A DNA stretch of 64,000 nt, taken from the IMG/VR virus record IMGVR_UViG_3300028490_000395. One strand, 5' to 3'. Origin of the DNA: a virus. Below are positions 29,749-40,559 of this stretch, in pieces (position 1 is the stretch's first letter; each line of letters opens with the position of its first letter). The translations under genes were made by a program, and so were the position numbers. The notes below the pieces were generated by a model. It did not search any database. It saw nothing but the letters and a program-made list of their open reading frames with translations, and was not told where the DNA came from.

Positions 29749-32283
29749 ATGAGTAAAAAGCCAAAAATAGACTTTGAGAAATACAAAGAGATATTCCAAC
29801 AAATAATTCACGACGTAGGCGCAGAAGGGGGAACTATAAATTTAGCTGAAGCAGCGATTAATAGTATGATCCTTTATTCTGCATCTGTAGTAGTCGGGAG
29901 AGCGTTGCCTGACCTTAGAGATGGCCTTAAACCAGCTCATAGAAGGCTTCTTTATGCAATGAAGTATTTAGGGATATCTCATTCTGGTGCGTTTAAGAAG
30001 TCAGCAAGGATTACAGGTACAACGATTGGTTTGTATCACCCTCACGGAGACAAGTCGGCGTATGACACAATGGTAGGTATGTCTCAAGAGTGGAAGTTAA
30101 ACTGTCCTCTTGTAGATGGACAAGGTAATTTTGGATCTATAGATGGAGACAATCCTGCTGATCAACGTTATACAGAGTCGAGAATGACAAAATTTGGGTC
30201 TCTTCTTTTTAGAGATTTAGATAAGAATGTTGTTGATTTTAGACCAAATTATGACGGAGAAGAAACTGAGCCTTCAGTACTACCGTCACCTTATCCAAAT
30301 ATCATTATCAATGGGGTTCTCCCAGGTAGTATTGCCGTTGGTATGGCTTCAATTATTTTGCCGCATAATCCGATAGAGGTTATGGATGTTGTAGAACTAA
30401 TGCTTAAGAACAAAAGATCTAACAAGAAAACCTCAGCTGAAGATATTCTAGCGCTAATGCCAGGGCCAGACTTTCCTACCGGTGGCTTCGTGTATGGAAC
30501 TGATAAATCTATGTTGAACATTATAAAGACAGGTAAGGGTAAGGTTCGAATGAGAGCGAAACACCATATTGAAAAGCAGTCTAGAGGTAGAAGCTCAATA
30601 ATCGTTACAGAGATTCCTTGGATGCGTAAAAAAAGTGATTTGATTCAAGATATCGTAACGCTAAAGAAAAATGCTTCAAAAGATGACAGAATGGCAGGGG
30701 CAATCACTAATATTCTAGATAATTCTGACCATGAAATAAGAGTCGTTATAGATATAAAGGCTGGATATGATCCAGAAATGATTTGGAGTTACATCCTTCA
30801 TAATACAAATTTTGATTGTTCAATAACTAGTTCTGCAGTTGTTATCGATCAAGAAATGAACCTAGATGAAGACATGGCTCCGACACCAAAAGAGTATGGG
30901 TTACAAGAGATCTTAGATAAATATTTAGATCACAGGATAACAGTAGTTTTTAGAAAATATTCTGATATTTTGAGTAAGACTTTAGCAAGAAAGCATATTG
31001 TTCAAGGTCTACTAAAAGCGATTGATATCATTGACTCTATAATTAAAATTATAAGATCGGCGAAGTCAGAAGATAATGCGTTTAAAGATATTAGAGCATT
31101 AGGGTTCTCTAAGCTTCAAACAAAAGCGATTCTAAATATTAGACTAGCAAAACTTCTAAATTTAGAGAAGTTGTCTTTGGAAAAAGAGCATACTGAACTA
31201 GACGTTGTTTCTGATAATGCTAATGAGATAGTATCTGATAAGAAAAAACAAATTAGAGAGCTATTAAAAGAGTTTAAAGAGATCAAAAAAACAATTGGTC
31301 ATGAAAGACGTTCTGTAATTGACAACAGTATGTCAGAGTTTGACGTAATTGAGGCAGCAATACCTGAAGAAGACATGGTTGTGTATATTACAGATAAGAA
31401 TTATGTGAAGAGAGTTGTCTCTAGTGATCTAGGAAAGAAAAAAGGGGAATTGATTCTACAAGATGGGGACTCTATAAAAAAGATCTTCAAAGTTAAGTCA
31501 ACTCAGCACATTCTTTTTGTATCTGAAAAAGGTCAAGTTTTTGGGAAAAAGATAGTTGAACTACCAGATTCTTCAACAGGTAACTATATTGAAAATATTG
31601 TCGAGCTTAGTAGTGGTGATAGAATAATTGATTTCTTAATAATTGACAACTTCAATAAAGAAGAAGTATTGGTTCTATTGAGTAGTGACGGAATGATTAA
31701 GAAGAGTTCTTTAGATCAATATAAAGGTGCGTTACGTACTCCGGGTATCACAGGTATCGGATTAAAAGAAGATGCTGTAGTCTTGAGTTCTGGTATCATA
31801 AAAGACTGTTCAGAGAACCAACCGGATGTTGTTATAGTTACAAAGGATGCTAAAGCTATTAGATTTAATTTAGAAAGTGTTAGCTGTATAGGTAGAGCAT
31901 CGAAAGGGGTTACAGGAATCAAAGCTAAAAAGGGAGATATCGTTGTTGGGATGATCATTCCTAAAAATGAGAAATACCTTCTAGCAACAATCACTAAGTC
32001 AGGGATGACAAAGGTCTCTCCAGTATCTTCTTTAAAAGAACAAAACAGAGCAGGCGTAGGCGTCATATGCATGGGGCTTACTAAAAGATCTGGAGAAATT
32101 GTGTCTGTATTAGGTTGGGCAAAAGAAGATTCACACGATCTTGTTGCAAAGATGGAGTCTGGAGAAACGATAGTTCTTGAGTCTAACTCAATTGAAGGCT
32201 CGGCAAAAAATACACGTGGTGCACAGCTATTCGATATAGCAGAAGACAACTCAATAATATCTGTTGAGTTATTTGACAAATAA
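29749..32283 (+). CDS. gyrA: type IIA topoisomerase DNA-cleavage subunit (GyrA/ParC-like)
   Basis: VVGRALPDLRDGLKPAHRRLLYAM, YHPHGD, and the active-site Tyr in DQRYTE. I found no QRRGGKG GyrA-box. Confidence 0.85.
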   Translation: MSKKPKIDFEKYKEIFQQIIHDVGAEGGTINLAEAAINSMILYSASVVVGRALPDLRDGLKPAHRRLLYAMKYLGISHSGAFKKSARITGTTIGLYHPHGDKSAYDTMVGMSQEWKLNCPLVDGQGNFGSIDGDNPADQRYTESRMTKFGSLLFRDLDKNVVDFRPNYDGEETEPSVLPSPYPNIIINGVLPGSIAVGMASIILPHNPIEVMDVVELMLKNKRSNKKTSAEDILALMPGPDFPTGGFVYGTDKSMLNIIKTGKGKVRMRAKHHIEKQSRGRSSIIVTEIPWMRKKSDLIQDIVTLKKNASKDDRMAGAITNILDNSDHEIRVVIDIKAGYDPEMIWSYILHNTNFDCSITSSAVVIDQEMNLDEDMAPTPKEYGLQEILDKYLDHRITVVFRKYSDILSKTLARKHIVQGLLKAIDIIDSIIKIIRSAKSEDNAFKDIRALGFSKLQTKAILNIRLAKLLNLEKLSLEKEHTELDVVSDNANEIVSDKKKQIRELLKEFKEIKKTIGHERRSVIDNSMSEFDVIEAAIPEEDMVVYITDKNYVKRVVSSDLGKKKGELILQDGDSIKKIFKVKSTQHILFVSEKGQVFGKKIVELPDSSTGNYIENIVELSSGDRIIDFLIIDNFNKEEVLVLLSSDGMIKKSSLDQYKGALRTPGITGIGLKEDAVVLSSGIIKDCSENQPDVVIVTKDAKAIRFNLESVSCIGRASKGVTGIKAKKGDIVVGMIIPKNEKYLLATITKSGMTKVSPVSSLKEQNRAGVGVICMGLTKRSGEIVSVLGWAKEDSHDLVAKMESGETIVLESNSIEGSAKNTRGAQLFDIAEDNSIISVELFDK

Positions 32284-32295
32284 AAAGGATATGTT

Positions 32296-32451
32296 TTGAA
32301 AAAAACAAAACTAGACGACTTTAAAAAAGTAACGAATCCGGCTGAAAAGCTTTATAACGAAATGGCTCATGGAGATGATAACCATAAGAAATGGTTAAAA
32401 GATCATCTCGATGATTATTTTAAGAATAAGATAGTTCTAGAAAAGAAGTAA
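32296..32451 (+). CDS. possible small protein (51 aa, TTG start), not in track
   Basis: AAGGA lies 8 nt upstream of the TTG. Lys-rich. Confidence 0.25.
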   Translation: MKKTKLDDFKKVTNPAEKLYNEMAHGDDNHKKWLKDHLDDYFKNKIVLEKK

Positions 32452-32490
32452 TTCGTAGCTTCTATAGCTTGCATTCTGGGACACTAACTG

Positions 32491-33129
32491 CTAAAGGTTA
32501 CTCGTTCTACTCAATCTAGACTTAAAGGCCTTGTAGTAGATCAGAACAGTTATTAATAACATGAATATAGATATCGGCAATGTTAAAAAAGGCATGTGAA
32601 GATAATTCGCTAAAATACCCGCATCTGTTTCACCAGGAATTCTAAGAAGATACATCTTTACATCTTGAAGACTTGCAAAAACTAACAACGATCCAACGAT
32701 CCCAGCAACATATTCCAAGTGTAAACCTTTTTTAGACAAATAGAAGATAATGGCAGTAACAAAGGCAACACCTATATATTCCAAAGAGAACCAAGACTCA
32801 ATATATATTGTGATAAAAATAAATACGATCAAGCTAATTACAAAAAGAGAAACAGACTTATTCTTAGTTGATATAAGGAACCCACCAATGAGAGCAGTTC
32901 CGAGATATCCGGCAACAGAAACTAGAGGTACAAATCCATTTTCAGAAGGTTTCATTACACCTTCATATCCAGTAAGGCCTATACTACCAACTGATCCTCC
33001 GGTTATAATAGTTGCGATAGCATGCATTGATTCATGTATTGCAACAAAAAAGACTCGGATAGGAGAGAAGAATGTTGTGTCCCATAAAAACATGTAGATA
33101 AGAAAAGCTGCTAGAAGCTCAAAGGCCAT
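32491..33129 (-). CDS. polytopic membrane HExxH metalloprotease-like protein
   Basis: IHESMHAI lies within a TM helix. Five to six TM segments. ATG start at 33129; the track start is TTG. Confidence 0.5.
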   Translation of the reverse strand: MAFELLAAFLIYMFLWDTTFFSPIRVFFVAIHESMHAIATIITGGSVGSIGLTGYEGVMKPSENGFVPLVSVAGYLGTALIGGFLISTKNKSVSLFVISLIVFIFITIYIESWFSLEYIGVAFVTAIIFYLSKKGLHLEYVAGIVGSLLVFASLQDVKMYLLRIPGETDAGILANYLHMPFLTLPISIFMLLITVLIYYKAFKSRLSRTSNL

Positions 33130-33247
33130 GAGTTTTTTCAAAAAAGATCCTTTTTTTGTTAAGAGTATATCAAATACTTGCTTAATATATTTGCAGCTTT
33201 ATCTAAAACATGCTATTATTCATAAAATAAAAAGTAAAGGCATCTTA

Positions 33248-33595
33248 ATGAAAAAAATCGTAACAGGACTATTCTTATCACTCTCTCTAATGTTTCCAGC
33301 TATTGCTTCGGCCCAAGTATACCAATTGGATGAACCTGCTGTCTTTATGACAAAAAAGACAGGTGTTGTTAAGATAATCAAGCAAAGCAAAAGAGATAAA
33401 GATAATTCAATTATCACGCTGGTTTTCTTGAACGAAGATCAAATGGGGATATCCTTACCTCTAAGAATCTCAAAGAATTTAAAAGTAGGATCGATTATTC
33501 AGCTTTTTATTCAAGAGAACAGAGTGTACTCTATCAACATTTTAAACACAAACAAAACAGAAATATCTAAAGAGTTCTTAGAATCTTTAAGATAA
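33248..33595 (+). CDS. secreted small protein
   Basis: Signal peptide MKKIVTGLFLSLSLMFPAIASA. Start moved to the internal ATG. Confidence 0.5.
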   Translation: MKKIVTGLFLSLSLMFPAIASAQVYQLDEPAVFMTKKTGVVKIIKQSKRDKDNSIITLVFLNEDQMGISLPLRISKNLKVGSIIQLFIQENRVYSINILNTNKTEISKEFLESLR

Positions 33596-33902
33596 AATAA
33601 CTGCAAAGAGCCCTTGCTCTTCTCTTCTTCCTCAAATTATCATCCTTTTTTATTGAAAATCTTCATATAACAGAACATTTTAACATTCTAAAGGAGTTCT
33701 TATGAAACAAGTTTTTTCATTTGTAACACTATGTGTGTTGATTGAACTATATTTAGACTCGTCTATTGTAGATCCTGATATGCCCCAAGTAGTTGCAGAT
33801 TCTGTAGCCTCTGTTATACTGTTCAGGTTTACCTGTTTCTCATCTTGTGATAAAGATGAAACCGATTCGTAATAGAATCCAATTTAAAAAGGAGTTTTTT
33901 CA

Positions 33903-34511
33903 ATGAAAAGACTATTAAAAATCCCTATGCTTAAAGCAGAAGGAATAGAGATCTCAGCTTCTGATATCTTAGGCCGTGGAGTAACTACAATAGTTACTGA
34001 CAATAGCGATGGAACTGTAACTATGTATACAGTCGATCTAAAAAAGTTTGACTATCTAAGAGAATTAGAATCATTTTCAAATATTGATTTAAAACTTACT
34101 TGGATTAAAGACTATGACGAATTTTCAATGTTTACTATGGTTAAGTTAGTTTCTCCATACAGTTCACAGATTGATAAAAGGTTATTTAATAACACAATAT
34201 TTTCAATTCATGATCAGTTATTTGAGATAAAGTTTTCTTCATCTGAGTATTCGAATGCACCAATTGACTGGCTTATCCCTGTCTACATTGACGCAATTGA
34301 AAAAGGTGAATTTGTTTTCCCAGCAAATAAGTTTCAACTAGACTTGAAGACTTCTTTAAGGTCGACAATGTTTGCTTTGTCAAATATTGTTACAAATGAA
34401 GATGTTCTTGATATTCATCCAGAACAATTCATGCTCGATGAGTCTTCTCAAACTCTATTATGCATTGATCCGATAATAACTCAAAAGTTTTTATCATATG
34501 CAACGACATAA
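33903..34511 (+). CDS. hypothetical protein
   Basis: AAAGGAG upstream. Confidence 0.45.
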   Translation: MKRLLKIPMLKAEGIEISASDILGRGVTTIVTDNSDGTVTMYTVDLKKFDYLRELESFSNIDLKLTWIKDYDEFSMFTMVKLVSPYSSQIDKRLFNNTIFSIHDQLFEIKFSSSEYSNAPIDWLIPVYIDAIEKGEFVFPANKFQLDLKTSLRSTMFALSNIVTNEDVLDIHPEQFMLDESSQTLLCIDPIITQKFLSYATT

Positions 34512-34577
34512 AGGCTTAAGCCTCTGTGTTGTATCTTTTAGATATAATAAATTTCAAATAAAAACAGGAGTTATAAA

Positions 34578-35246
34578 ATGAGTTCAAAAATAGGTATTTT
34601 AGATTCAATATCAGAGAAAAATGATTCAACAACAAGGGCTAGAATTGCTGAGGTTTACAAATTAGTTGCGGCAAGCATTATGGCGTCAGTCGTCGGAGTG
34701 TTCGTGGGCCAAGAGTTAGTGTCGGTAATTCAACAGTATTTCATAGGATTTATAATCCTAGAATTTGCTTTGTTATTTGGGTTAATGTTTGCAAAAGAAA
34801 AAGTTCCTCTTAATTTAATTTTAATGTTTGGATTTACTTTTATGACGGGGCTAACAATGGCACCATTAATAGCAATGTATTTGTCGACAGAAGCCGGTGT
34901 CAACATTCTAAGTACAGCACTATTAGCTACAGGAGCTTCAGTGGGAGGATTAAGTCTTTATGCAATGAAAACAAAGAAAGACTTTACGGTCTATGGACAG
35001 ATATTGTTCGTTGCGCTAATAGCGCTGGTTGTTGTTGGCATAGCAAACATATTTATTCAAAGCTCATTTTTACATCTGGCTATGGCATATGTTGGGGCTA
35101 TTTTGTTTTCTATGTATTTGATAGTGGACACACAAAGACTTGTAAGAGGGATGTATAGCTCTCCTATAATAATGGCTGTAAACATATACTTAGATATTTT
35201 AAACCTCTTTCTAAGTATTTTATCTATACTTAGTAGCAGAAAATAA
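34578..35246 (+). CDS. Bax-inhibitor-1/YccA-family 7-TM protein
   Basis: Seven TM helices, about 222 aa, with an N-terminal cytoplasmic segment. Matches the YccA/BI-1 architecture. Confidence 0.55.
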   Translation: MSSKIGILDSISEKNDSTTRARIAEVYKLVAASIMASVVGVFVGQELVSVIQQYFIGFIILEFALLFGLMFAKEKVPLNLILMFGFTFMTGLTMAPLIAMYLSTEAGVNILSTALLATGASVGGLSLYAMKTKKDFTVYGQILFVALIALVVVGIANIFIQSSFLHLAMAYVGAILFSMYLIVDTQRLVRGMYSSPIIMAVNIYLDILNLFLSILSILSSRK

Positions 35247-35309
35247 GGCCTTGTTTTTAACTTTCAATTAGGGTAGAATAGCTTTAATAATTAAAACAAA
35301 GGTTATCAC

Positions 35310-35891
35310 ATGGTAGTAACAATTTTTTCTACAAAAGGTGGAGTCGGAAAGACTTCACTTTCTTACTCAATCGCAAAAGATCTCGGATGCAAATACATAA
35401 CAAATGACTTTTCTATGGCTGTAAACTCGTTCTCAAATGGAAGCCAAGCGAAGCATGTAAAAAAGAACATCCCTTTATATAAAGATGCTTTATATGATTT
35501 CGGAGGCTTTGAAGATAAAAATGTGGATCTGATCATTGGAAAGTCTGACCTACTTATTGTCCCAGTAATAGCCGACATAAACTCAATAATGAAAGCTCTT
35601 CAAAATATTTCTAAATTCAAAAAGACAAGAATACTCGTAGTTGGGAACATGGTGGAGAATGACAAAGACAAGCTTGTTATCCAAACCTCAATAGAAAAAT
35701 ATTTCCCAAATATCGAGTTGCTCTTTTTTAGAAAAAGTAGACTTCTGAGAAACTCTTTAGAGGAAAAACTCAGCGCTACAGAGATGTTCAAATTGTCTGG
35801 TAAAAACAAATATTTATATAGAAATGCATACCAAGACTATCGTGCGATAATGTCTGTTGTAAAGTCTGTTAGAGACGAAGTTGAAAGATAA
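35310..35891 (+). CDS. ParA/MinD-family deviant Walker-A ATPase
   Basis: KGGVGKTS deviant Walker A at the N-terminus. Confidence 0.65.
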   Translation: MVVTIFSTKGGVGKTSLSYSIAKDLGCKYITNDFSMAVNSFSNGSQAKHVKKNIPLYKDALYDFGGFEDKNVDLIIGKSDLLIVPVIADINSIMKALQNISKFKKTRILVVGNMVENDKDKLVIQTSIEKYFPNIELLFFRKSRLLRNSLEEKLSATEMFKLSGKNKYLYRNAYQDYRAIMSVVKSVRDEVER

Positions 35892-35966
35892 AAAGTAACT
35901 GAAAAAAAAGAAAAATTTTAAACCTTGTGATATACTTCTAAAAATAAACTTTTGGAAGGAACATTA

Positions 35967-37352
35967 ATGAAAATCTTAAAACCTCTACTCCTCACAACAA
36001 TATTAACTTTATCCTCGCAAGCAGCTTTTATAAAGGGCTCAGTAAATCAATGTAAAGCCTCTTATGTTGAGAATATAAAAAACAGATCAATTTACTCAGA
36101 AGATAAAAAGGTTTATACAAGAGGACTCCAACTAGGCAAGCTGGTGTCTTTCAAAAAAAGTGAGAAATTTACAGAGCAGGCTAGGTATCTATATTATAAG
36201 CCATATGATTCTCAAAAAGCCTTAGAATTCGTGTTGGAGTCTGAAAAGATTACATCGCTATATGGCATAGAAATCAGAAAGACCAACAAGAATGTTTACA
36301 ATCCATATTCATCTAAAGCTGAGAAGTTAAAAAGGTTTAATCTCTATACACGAGAATATAAAGTTTGGGAGGTCTTCCAAAGTACAGTTATTTTTGGGAA
36401 TAGCCAAGATTTAAACAGAGAAGTGAAATATCTTGTGGAAAGATTTAAAGATGAGAATAAAAAAATCTACAGCATGTTACTTGCTCCCACATATAAAAAT
36501 CTTCTTTTTTTAGAAAAGATAGAATATTTCAAGTCTAATAAAGGCAAAAGAATGTTTATGGAAGAGCTTGAGGAAAGTAGGATCAGTCAAGACGACCAGT
36601 CGTGGAAGCTACTTTATAAGATGTTTAAAGGTACTATTACAAAAGACGATATCACTGGCGGTCCAAAGAAAGCCTTGGCGTTCAAAAAGAAGATAGATCA
36701 AAGATTATCAAAATGCTATCAAAAAAACTTCATTATAAATGCAAAGAAAAAAGTATATTCTACTGAAAAGATAATTCAATGGTATGCAGCTTCCATTGCC
36801 TACCCAGAGAAGAAGAAAGATTTGCTTCAGCTCTATTACTCAATTACAACAAACACGAACTTGTGGCTTTACCTTGATTATGTTTATAACAAAGGGGAAG
36901 GTCATTACGCTCGGGCAGCAAGAAGTCTTGGGATAATGGTTGGACAAGAAAAAAGTCCTGAATACTTAACAAACAGCCTCGCAAAGATACTCTCAAAAGG
37001 GGCCCAAGAGAACTTGGAGAATAGAGAATATTACAAAGCTTGGACGATGTCTAAAAGATCTATTGGTGTATTGTTTAAGCTAAAAGAAGTTGGCCAAGCA
37101 GAAATCGATGAAATGGTAACGGTAAAGAGAGTCTTGAGAGATTCTGCACAGGTTTTAATAAATCATTTTGCTGAAAAAAATGACAAGGAAACAGCTGCCA
37201 ATATTTATAATGTTACAGATGACATTATCTTAACTGTCTACAAAAAAAGAGAATCAAAGAAAATAAAGAGATTGAAACAAAAGAAGCTTTCAAAAGAACC
37301 TACAAACGCAAGATACAAGAAGAGAAGTGATCACGCATATGACCTTAACTAA
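35967..37352 (+). CDS. secreted hypothetical protein
   Basis: Signal peptide MKILKPLLLTTILTLSSQAAF. Start at the ATG after GGAAGGA. Confidence 0.5.
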   Translation: MKILKPLLLTTILTLSSQAAFIKGSVNQCKASYVENIKNRSIYSEDKKVYTRGLQLGKLVSFKKSEKFTEQARYLYYKPYDSQKALEFVLESEKITSLYGIEIRKTNKNVYNPYSSKAEKLKRFNLYTREYKVWEVFQSTVIFGNSQDLNREVKYLVERFKDENKKIYSMLLAPTYKNLLFLEKIEYFKSNKGKRMFMEELEESRISQDDQSWKLLYKMFKGTITKDDITGGPKKALAFKKKIDQRLSKCYQKNFIINAKKKVYSTEKIIQWYAASIAYPEKKKDLLQLYYSITTNTNLWLYLDYVYNKGEGHYARAARSLGIMVGQEKSPEYLTNSLAKILSKGAQENLENREYYKAWTMSKRSIGVLFKLKEVGQAEIDEMVTVKRVLRDSAQVLINHFAEKNDKETAANIYNVTDDIILTVYKKRESKKIKRLKQKKLSKEPTNARYKKRSDHAYDLN

Positions 37353-38286
37353 GTTATTGAAGGGTCTAGAAAAGGGAGTTGTATATATTATCTCCTTTAA
37401 AATAGACTTTGATATTTCAAAAATAGAGTTCAGGAAAGATGATCTCGGTAAGCCTTCTGTTATAGAATATATTGGGACGCATATTTATAAGAAATCTGAA
37501 TTAACTGCAGAGACCTTTAATTCCTATAAATGTTATTTCAATAAAGATAAAAAATGTTTTAAAGAGCAAAAGAGACGTATACAAAATATGATAAATGGAT
37601 CGTATTACAATGGTGAACTTTTAGTTACAAAAGAAAGAGTTTTATGGCTAAAATCATTACTAAAGAAAAAGAACTGGATTGAGATTAAGAAAACGGTAAA
37701 CAGAAAAAATTTCAATTCAAACCTTGAAAGAAAGCTAAAGCTTCAGTTACTAAATTTCCTTGGTCAAACAAATGGGTCCATGGTATCAGAGTTTACGCAT
37801 AATAATCTAAAAACCAGGGCGGACATGGTTGTTTTTGGAGAAGGAGAGGTTCATGTATATGAGCTTAAAAGTAAGAATGACAAATTATCGAGACTCCGGA
37901 ATCAAATAAAAGACTATTCTAGGTATGCGGACTTCATAACAATTGTTATAAACAAAAAGCACTGGGAACAGGCGAAGAAAATGATTTCTATGGACATTGG
38001 TGTTATCCTTGAAAAAAATGGGGTATTGGAGCGCAAGAGACCGGCTAAAAAGATAGAAAGTATAAATAGATCTTTTCTATTGTGGAAAGATGAGGTTGTT
38101 CAATTTAGGAAATCTGATAACTTTCAAAAGTTGACTCTAGAAGATCAGAATAAACTAGTAGCTATAATTCTGGAAAGCAGATTTAAAGACTGCAGTCAAG
38201 AAGTAGATAAAAACCCTCTTGCAATATTCAAAAACAGAATCTTAAAACCTGGATCAAAGACATCTTTAAAATACACTACTCAATAG
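37339..38286 (+). CDS. hypothetical protein with candidate PD-(D/E)xK nuclease motif
   Basis: ADMVVFGEGEVHVYELKSK gives a D...ExK arrangement. Overlaps the previous gene by 14 nt. Confidence 0.4.
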   Translation: MTLTKLLKGLEKGVVYIISFKIDFDISKIEFRKDDLGKPSVIEYIGTHIYKKSELTAETFNSYKCYFNKDKKCFKEQKRRIQNMINGSYYNGELLVTKERVLWLKSLLKKKNWIEIKKTVNRKNFNSNLERKLKLQLLNFLGQTNGSMVSEFTHNNLKTRADMVVFGEGEVHVYELKSKNDKLSRLRNQIKDYSRYADFITIVINKKHWEQAKKMISMDIGVILEKNGVLERKRPAKKIESINRSFLLWKDEVVQFRKSDNFQKLTLEDQNKLVAIILESRFKDCSQEVDKNPLAIFKNRILKPGSKTSLKYTTQ

Positions 38287-38497
38287 CTGCTTCTAAAGCT
38301 TAATAAGATATAACAATTTCCACACTAATGATCACATTTTGTGACCTTTCTTTTTGCTTTCTAAAGGCATTACCTGAATGAAGTATATAAATCTACCGCA
38401 TTTCTGCTTTTTTATGATATTATTACACTAATTATTAGAGAAAACTTAAACTTTTTAATTAGTTTAAAATCTTTGTTTTCGTTAAAGGAACTTAAAT

Positions 38498-39523
38498 ATG
38501 TATAATACCTTAAGAGAAAGTTTGGCTATAAAAATAGCAGGGAAAGATGAAAGTCTTAGTTCAGAAGAACAAAATTTATTGAAGGGAGAACTCAAGTTAG
38601 CTTACTTAAAATTGTTAAGCTCAAAAATAATGATTTTTATAATGATATTTTTAGAGCTCGTATTCTTCTTATATATTGGGTATAGAGTGACAGTCGGTAT
38701 GAGTAATGCTGGTCTGTTAGATTCTGCACCGAGTAAGCCACATGTTGCAGTATTGGCTCTAGATAAGCCGATAACAGACAATTACGCAGACAAGTTTATT
38801 TCAAAACTAATAGAGATAAACAATGACAAAAATGTAAAAGCTATTGTGATAAAGTTAAGGTCTCCAGGCGGGACTCCGGCAGCGTCATGGAATATAGCTG
38901 ACACCTTTAAATCTTTACAAGAAAAGAATGGTGACAAAAAGCCTATTTTCTTATATGTTGACTCTATGGCAGCAAGTGGGTCATATATGATCGCGTCACA
39001 ATCAAATTACATTTATGCAAATAGATTTGCCGTAGTTGGTTCAATTGGTGTGATCATGCAACATATGGTATTTGAAGGCTTTGCTAAGAAAGTTGGGATT
39101 GGAGAGGAAACGCTAACAGCTGGAGAATATAAGAAAGTATTCTCAACGTTCTCTTATATGAATGAGAAACAGAAGGATCGAGTTCAAAAGGAAATTTTAG
39201 ATGTTATGTATGAAGGGTTCCTTGAAGTTGTTGAGAGAGGTAGAAATCTTGATCGAAAGAAATTAAACGAGTATGCAGAAGGTCGAATATTTATAGCTAA
39301 TGATAAAAAGGTTGAGGGTGTTTTAGTCGACCAAGTTATAGATTGGACTAAATTCAAAGTTCTTGTAACAAAGAAGCTTGAAAAGAAAGATGACTTCTTA
39401 TTTAGCCGATACAACCTACAAGAGAAAAAATCTTTTGGATCTGCGCTATTAGGTTCTTCTTTAGATCTTAATGTAGATATCAAAAATCTAAAAACAAATT
39501 CAACAATGGAGTTATTAAAATGA
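38498..39523 (+). CDS. sppA: S49-family serine peptidase (SppA / ClpP-like)
   Basis: N-terminal TM followed by IVIKLRSPGGTPAAS...DSMAASGSYMIAS...VVGSIGV. Confidence 0.7.
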   Translation: MYNTLRESLAIKIAGKDESLSSEEQNLLKGELKLAYLKLLSSKIMIFIMIFLELVFFLYIGYRVTVGMSNAGLLDSAPSKPHVAVLALDKPITDNYADKFISKLIEINNDKNVKAIVIKLRSPGGTPAASWNIADTFKSLQEKNGDKKPIFLYVDSMAASGSYMIASQSNYIYANRFAVVGSIGVIMQHMVFEGFAKKVGIGEETLTAGEYKKVFSTFSYMNEKQKDRVQKEILDVMYEGFLEVVERGRNLDRKKLNEYAEGRIFIANDKKVEGVLVDQVIDWTKFKVLVTKKLEKKDDFLFSRYNLQEKKSFGSALLGSSLDLNVDIKNLKTNSTMELLK

Positions 39524-40269
39524 GAGTAGCATTAATCAACTATGAAGACAAAGAGATCGCGAGTAAGTTGGCCATTAAAGAAGAGTATAAGAATTGTATT
39601 TTTTTCGATGAACTAGAAGGTTTAGATAACTCGAGTTACTATATTGATATTAGAATGTATGATCTTGTTTTTATAAACATTTCAAATGAGGACAAGATTG
39701 ATAAGAAAATATTCAATATATTTAAGACCTTGGCCGATGACTATGAAAATTATCAAATTGTGCTTACTCATAACAAAGACATTAGTAAGAACAAACTTGA
39801 GACTTTAACAACTGCGATAAATACGATCTACAAAAAAATCAAACCAAACTTATCTTTCCTAGAACTCCCAGATCGTGAAATAATAGGAAGCTTTTCTAAA
39901 AGTATAGGAAGCTATTTTACATCGATCCCGCTAAAAGAAGTGTCTTCTATAAACTACAAAGAAAGAGAGTTAACGATTACCACTCATATGGAAAAAGAAG
40001 TTGTGATCAAAATCACAAAAGATATTGACTTCCAGGTGATTCTGTATTTTATTAGACATTATAATCAGATAATCAATATCGATACAATTCTTTCAGGGAT
40101 CTCTCAAGAACCTGAGCTAATGAACAACTCACCTATCGAAACCTCCTTCTCCTCTATTCGTAAAACCTTTTCAAAACTAAACATAAACCCAATCAAAGCA
40201 TTTAAGCGTGTAGGGTTCCAAATAACGTTCTCAGAGCCTGTTCTAGCTAAGAAACGTACAAAGGCTTAA
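39520..40269 (+). CDS. hypothetical protein, possible winged-helix regulator
   Basis: The C-terminal region loosely resembles an OmpR-type effector domain. This is a weak call. Confidence 0.3.
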   Translation: MRVALINYEDKEIASKLAIKEEYKNCIFFDELEGLDNSSYYIDIRMYDLVFINISNEDKIDKKIFNIFKTLADDYENYQIVLTHNKDISKNKLETLTTAINTIYKKIKPNLSFLELPDREIIGSFSKSIGSYFTSIPLKEVSSINYKERELTITTHMEKEVVIKITKDIDFQVILYFIRHYNQIINIDTILSGISQEPELMNNSPIETSFSSIRKTFSKLNINPIKAFKRVGFQITFSEPVLAKKRTKA

Positions 40270-40355
40270 ATCAAGACTATTTTGCCTTGTAGTCGCTCTC
40301 TCATAAATTGATCTCTTAAAAAAAGTAAGTCCGGGCATAAGCCGCGGGCTAAGAT

Positions 40356-40559
40356 TTAAATACAGGGGTGAATATTTCTCGAAAGAGGAATGTTACCTTT
40401 ATGTATTACACCATTATCTCCAAAAAGAGCAATGCCTTCATTAGAAGATGCATGAGTTTTCATGTATGTTCTAAATCCTTCATCTTTATTTTTGAAAAAT
40501 TCTTCTTTCATAACCTTTACACGTTTACCAAGTTTTTGATAAATAAGTACAGCGGTCAT
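40356..40559 (-). CDS. small hypothetical protein (last gene of minus-strand operon)
   Basis: 4-nt overlap with the upstream gene. Confidence 0.4.
   Translation of the reverse strand: MTAVLIYQKLGKRVKVMKEEFFKNKDEGFRTYMKTHASSNEGIALFGDNGVIHKGNIPLSRNIHPCI

Noticed and set aside
31716-32279. 187-aa antisense ORF inside gyrA. Similar antisense ORFs occur inside flotillin (22441..22806, 23155..23349), ligA, dnaE and the 605-aa ATPase.
   Set aside because: They lie antisense to genes with unambiguous conserved motifs. Their low-complexity composition is typical of spurious reading frames.
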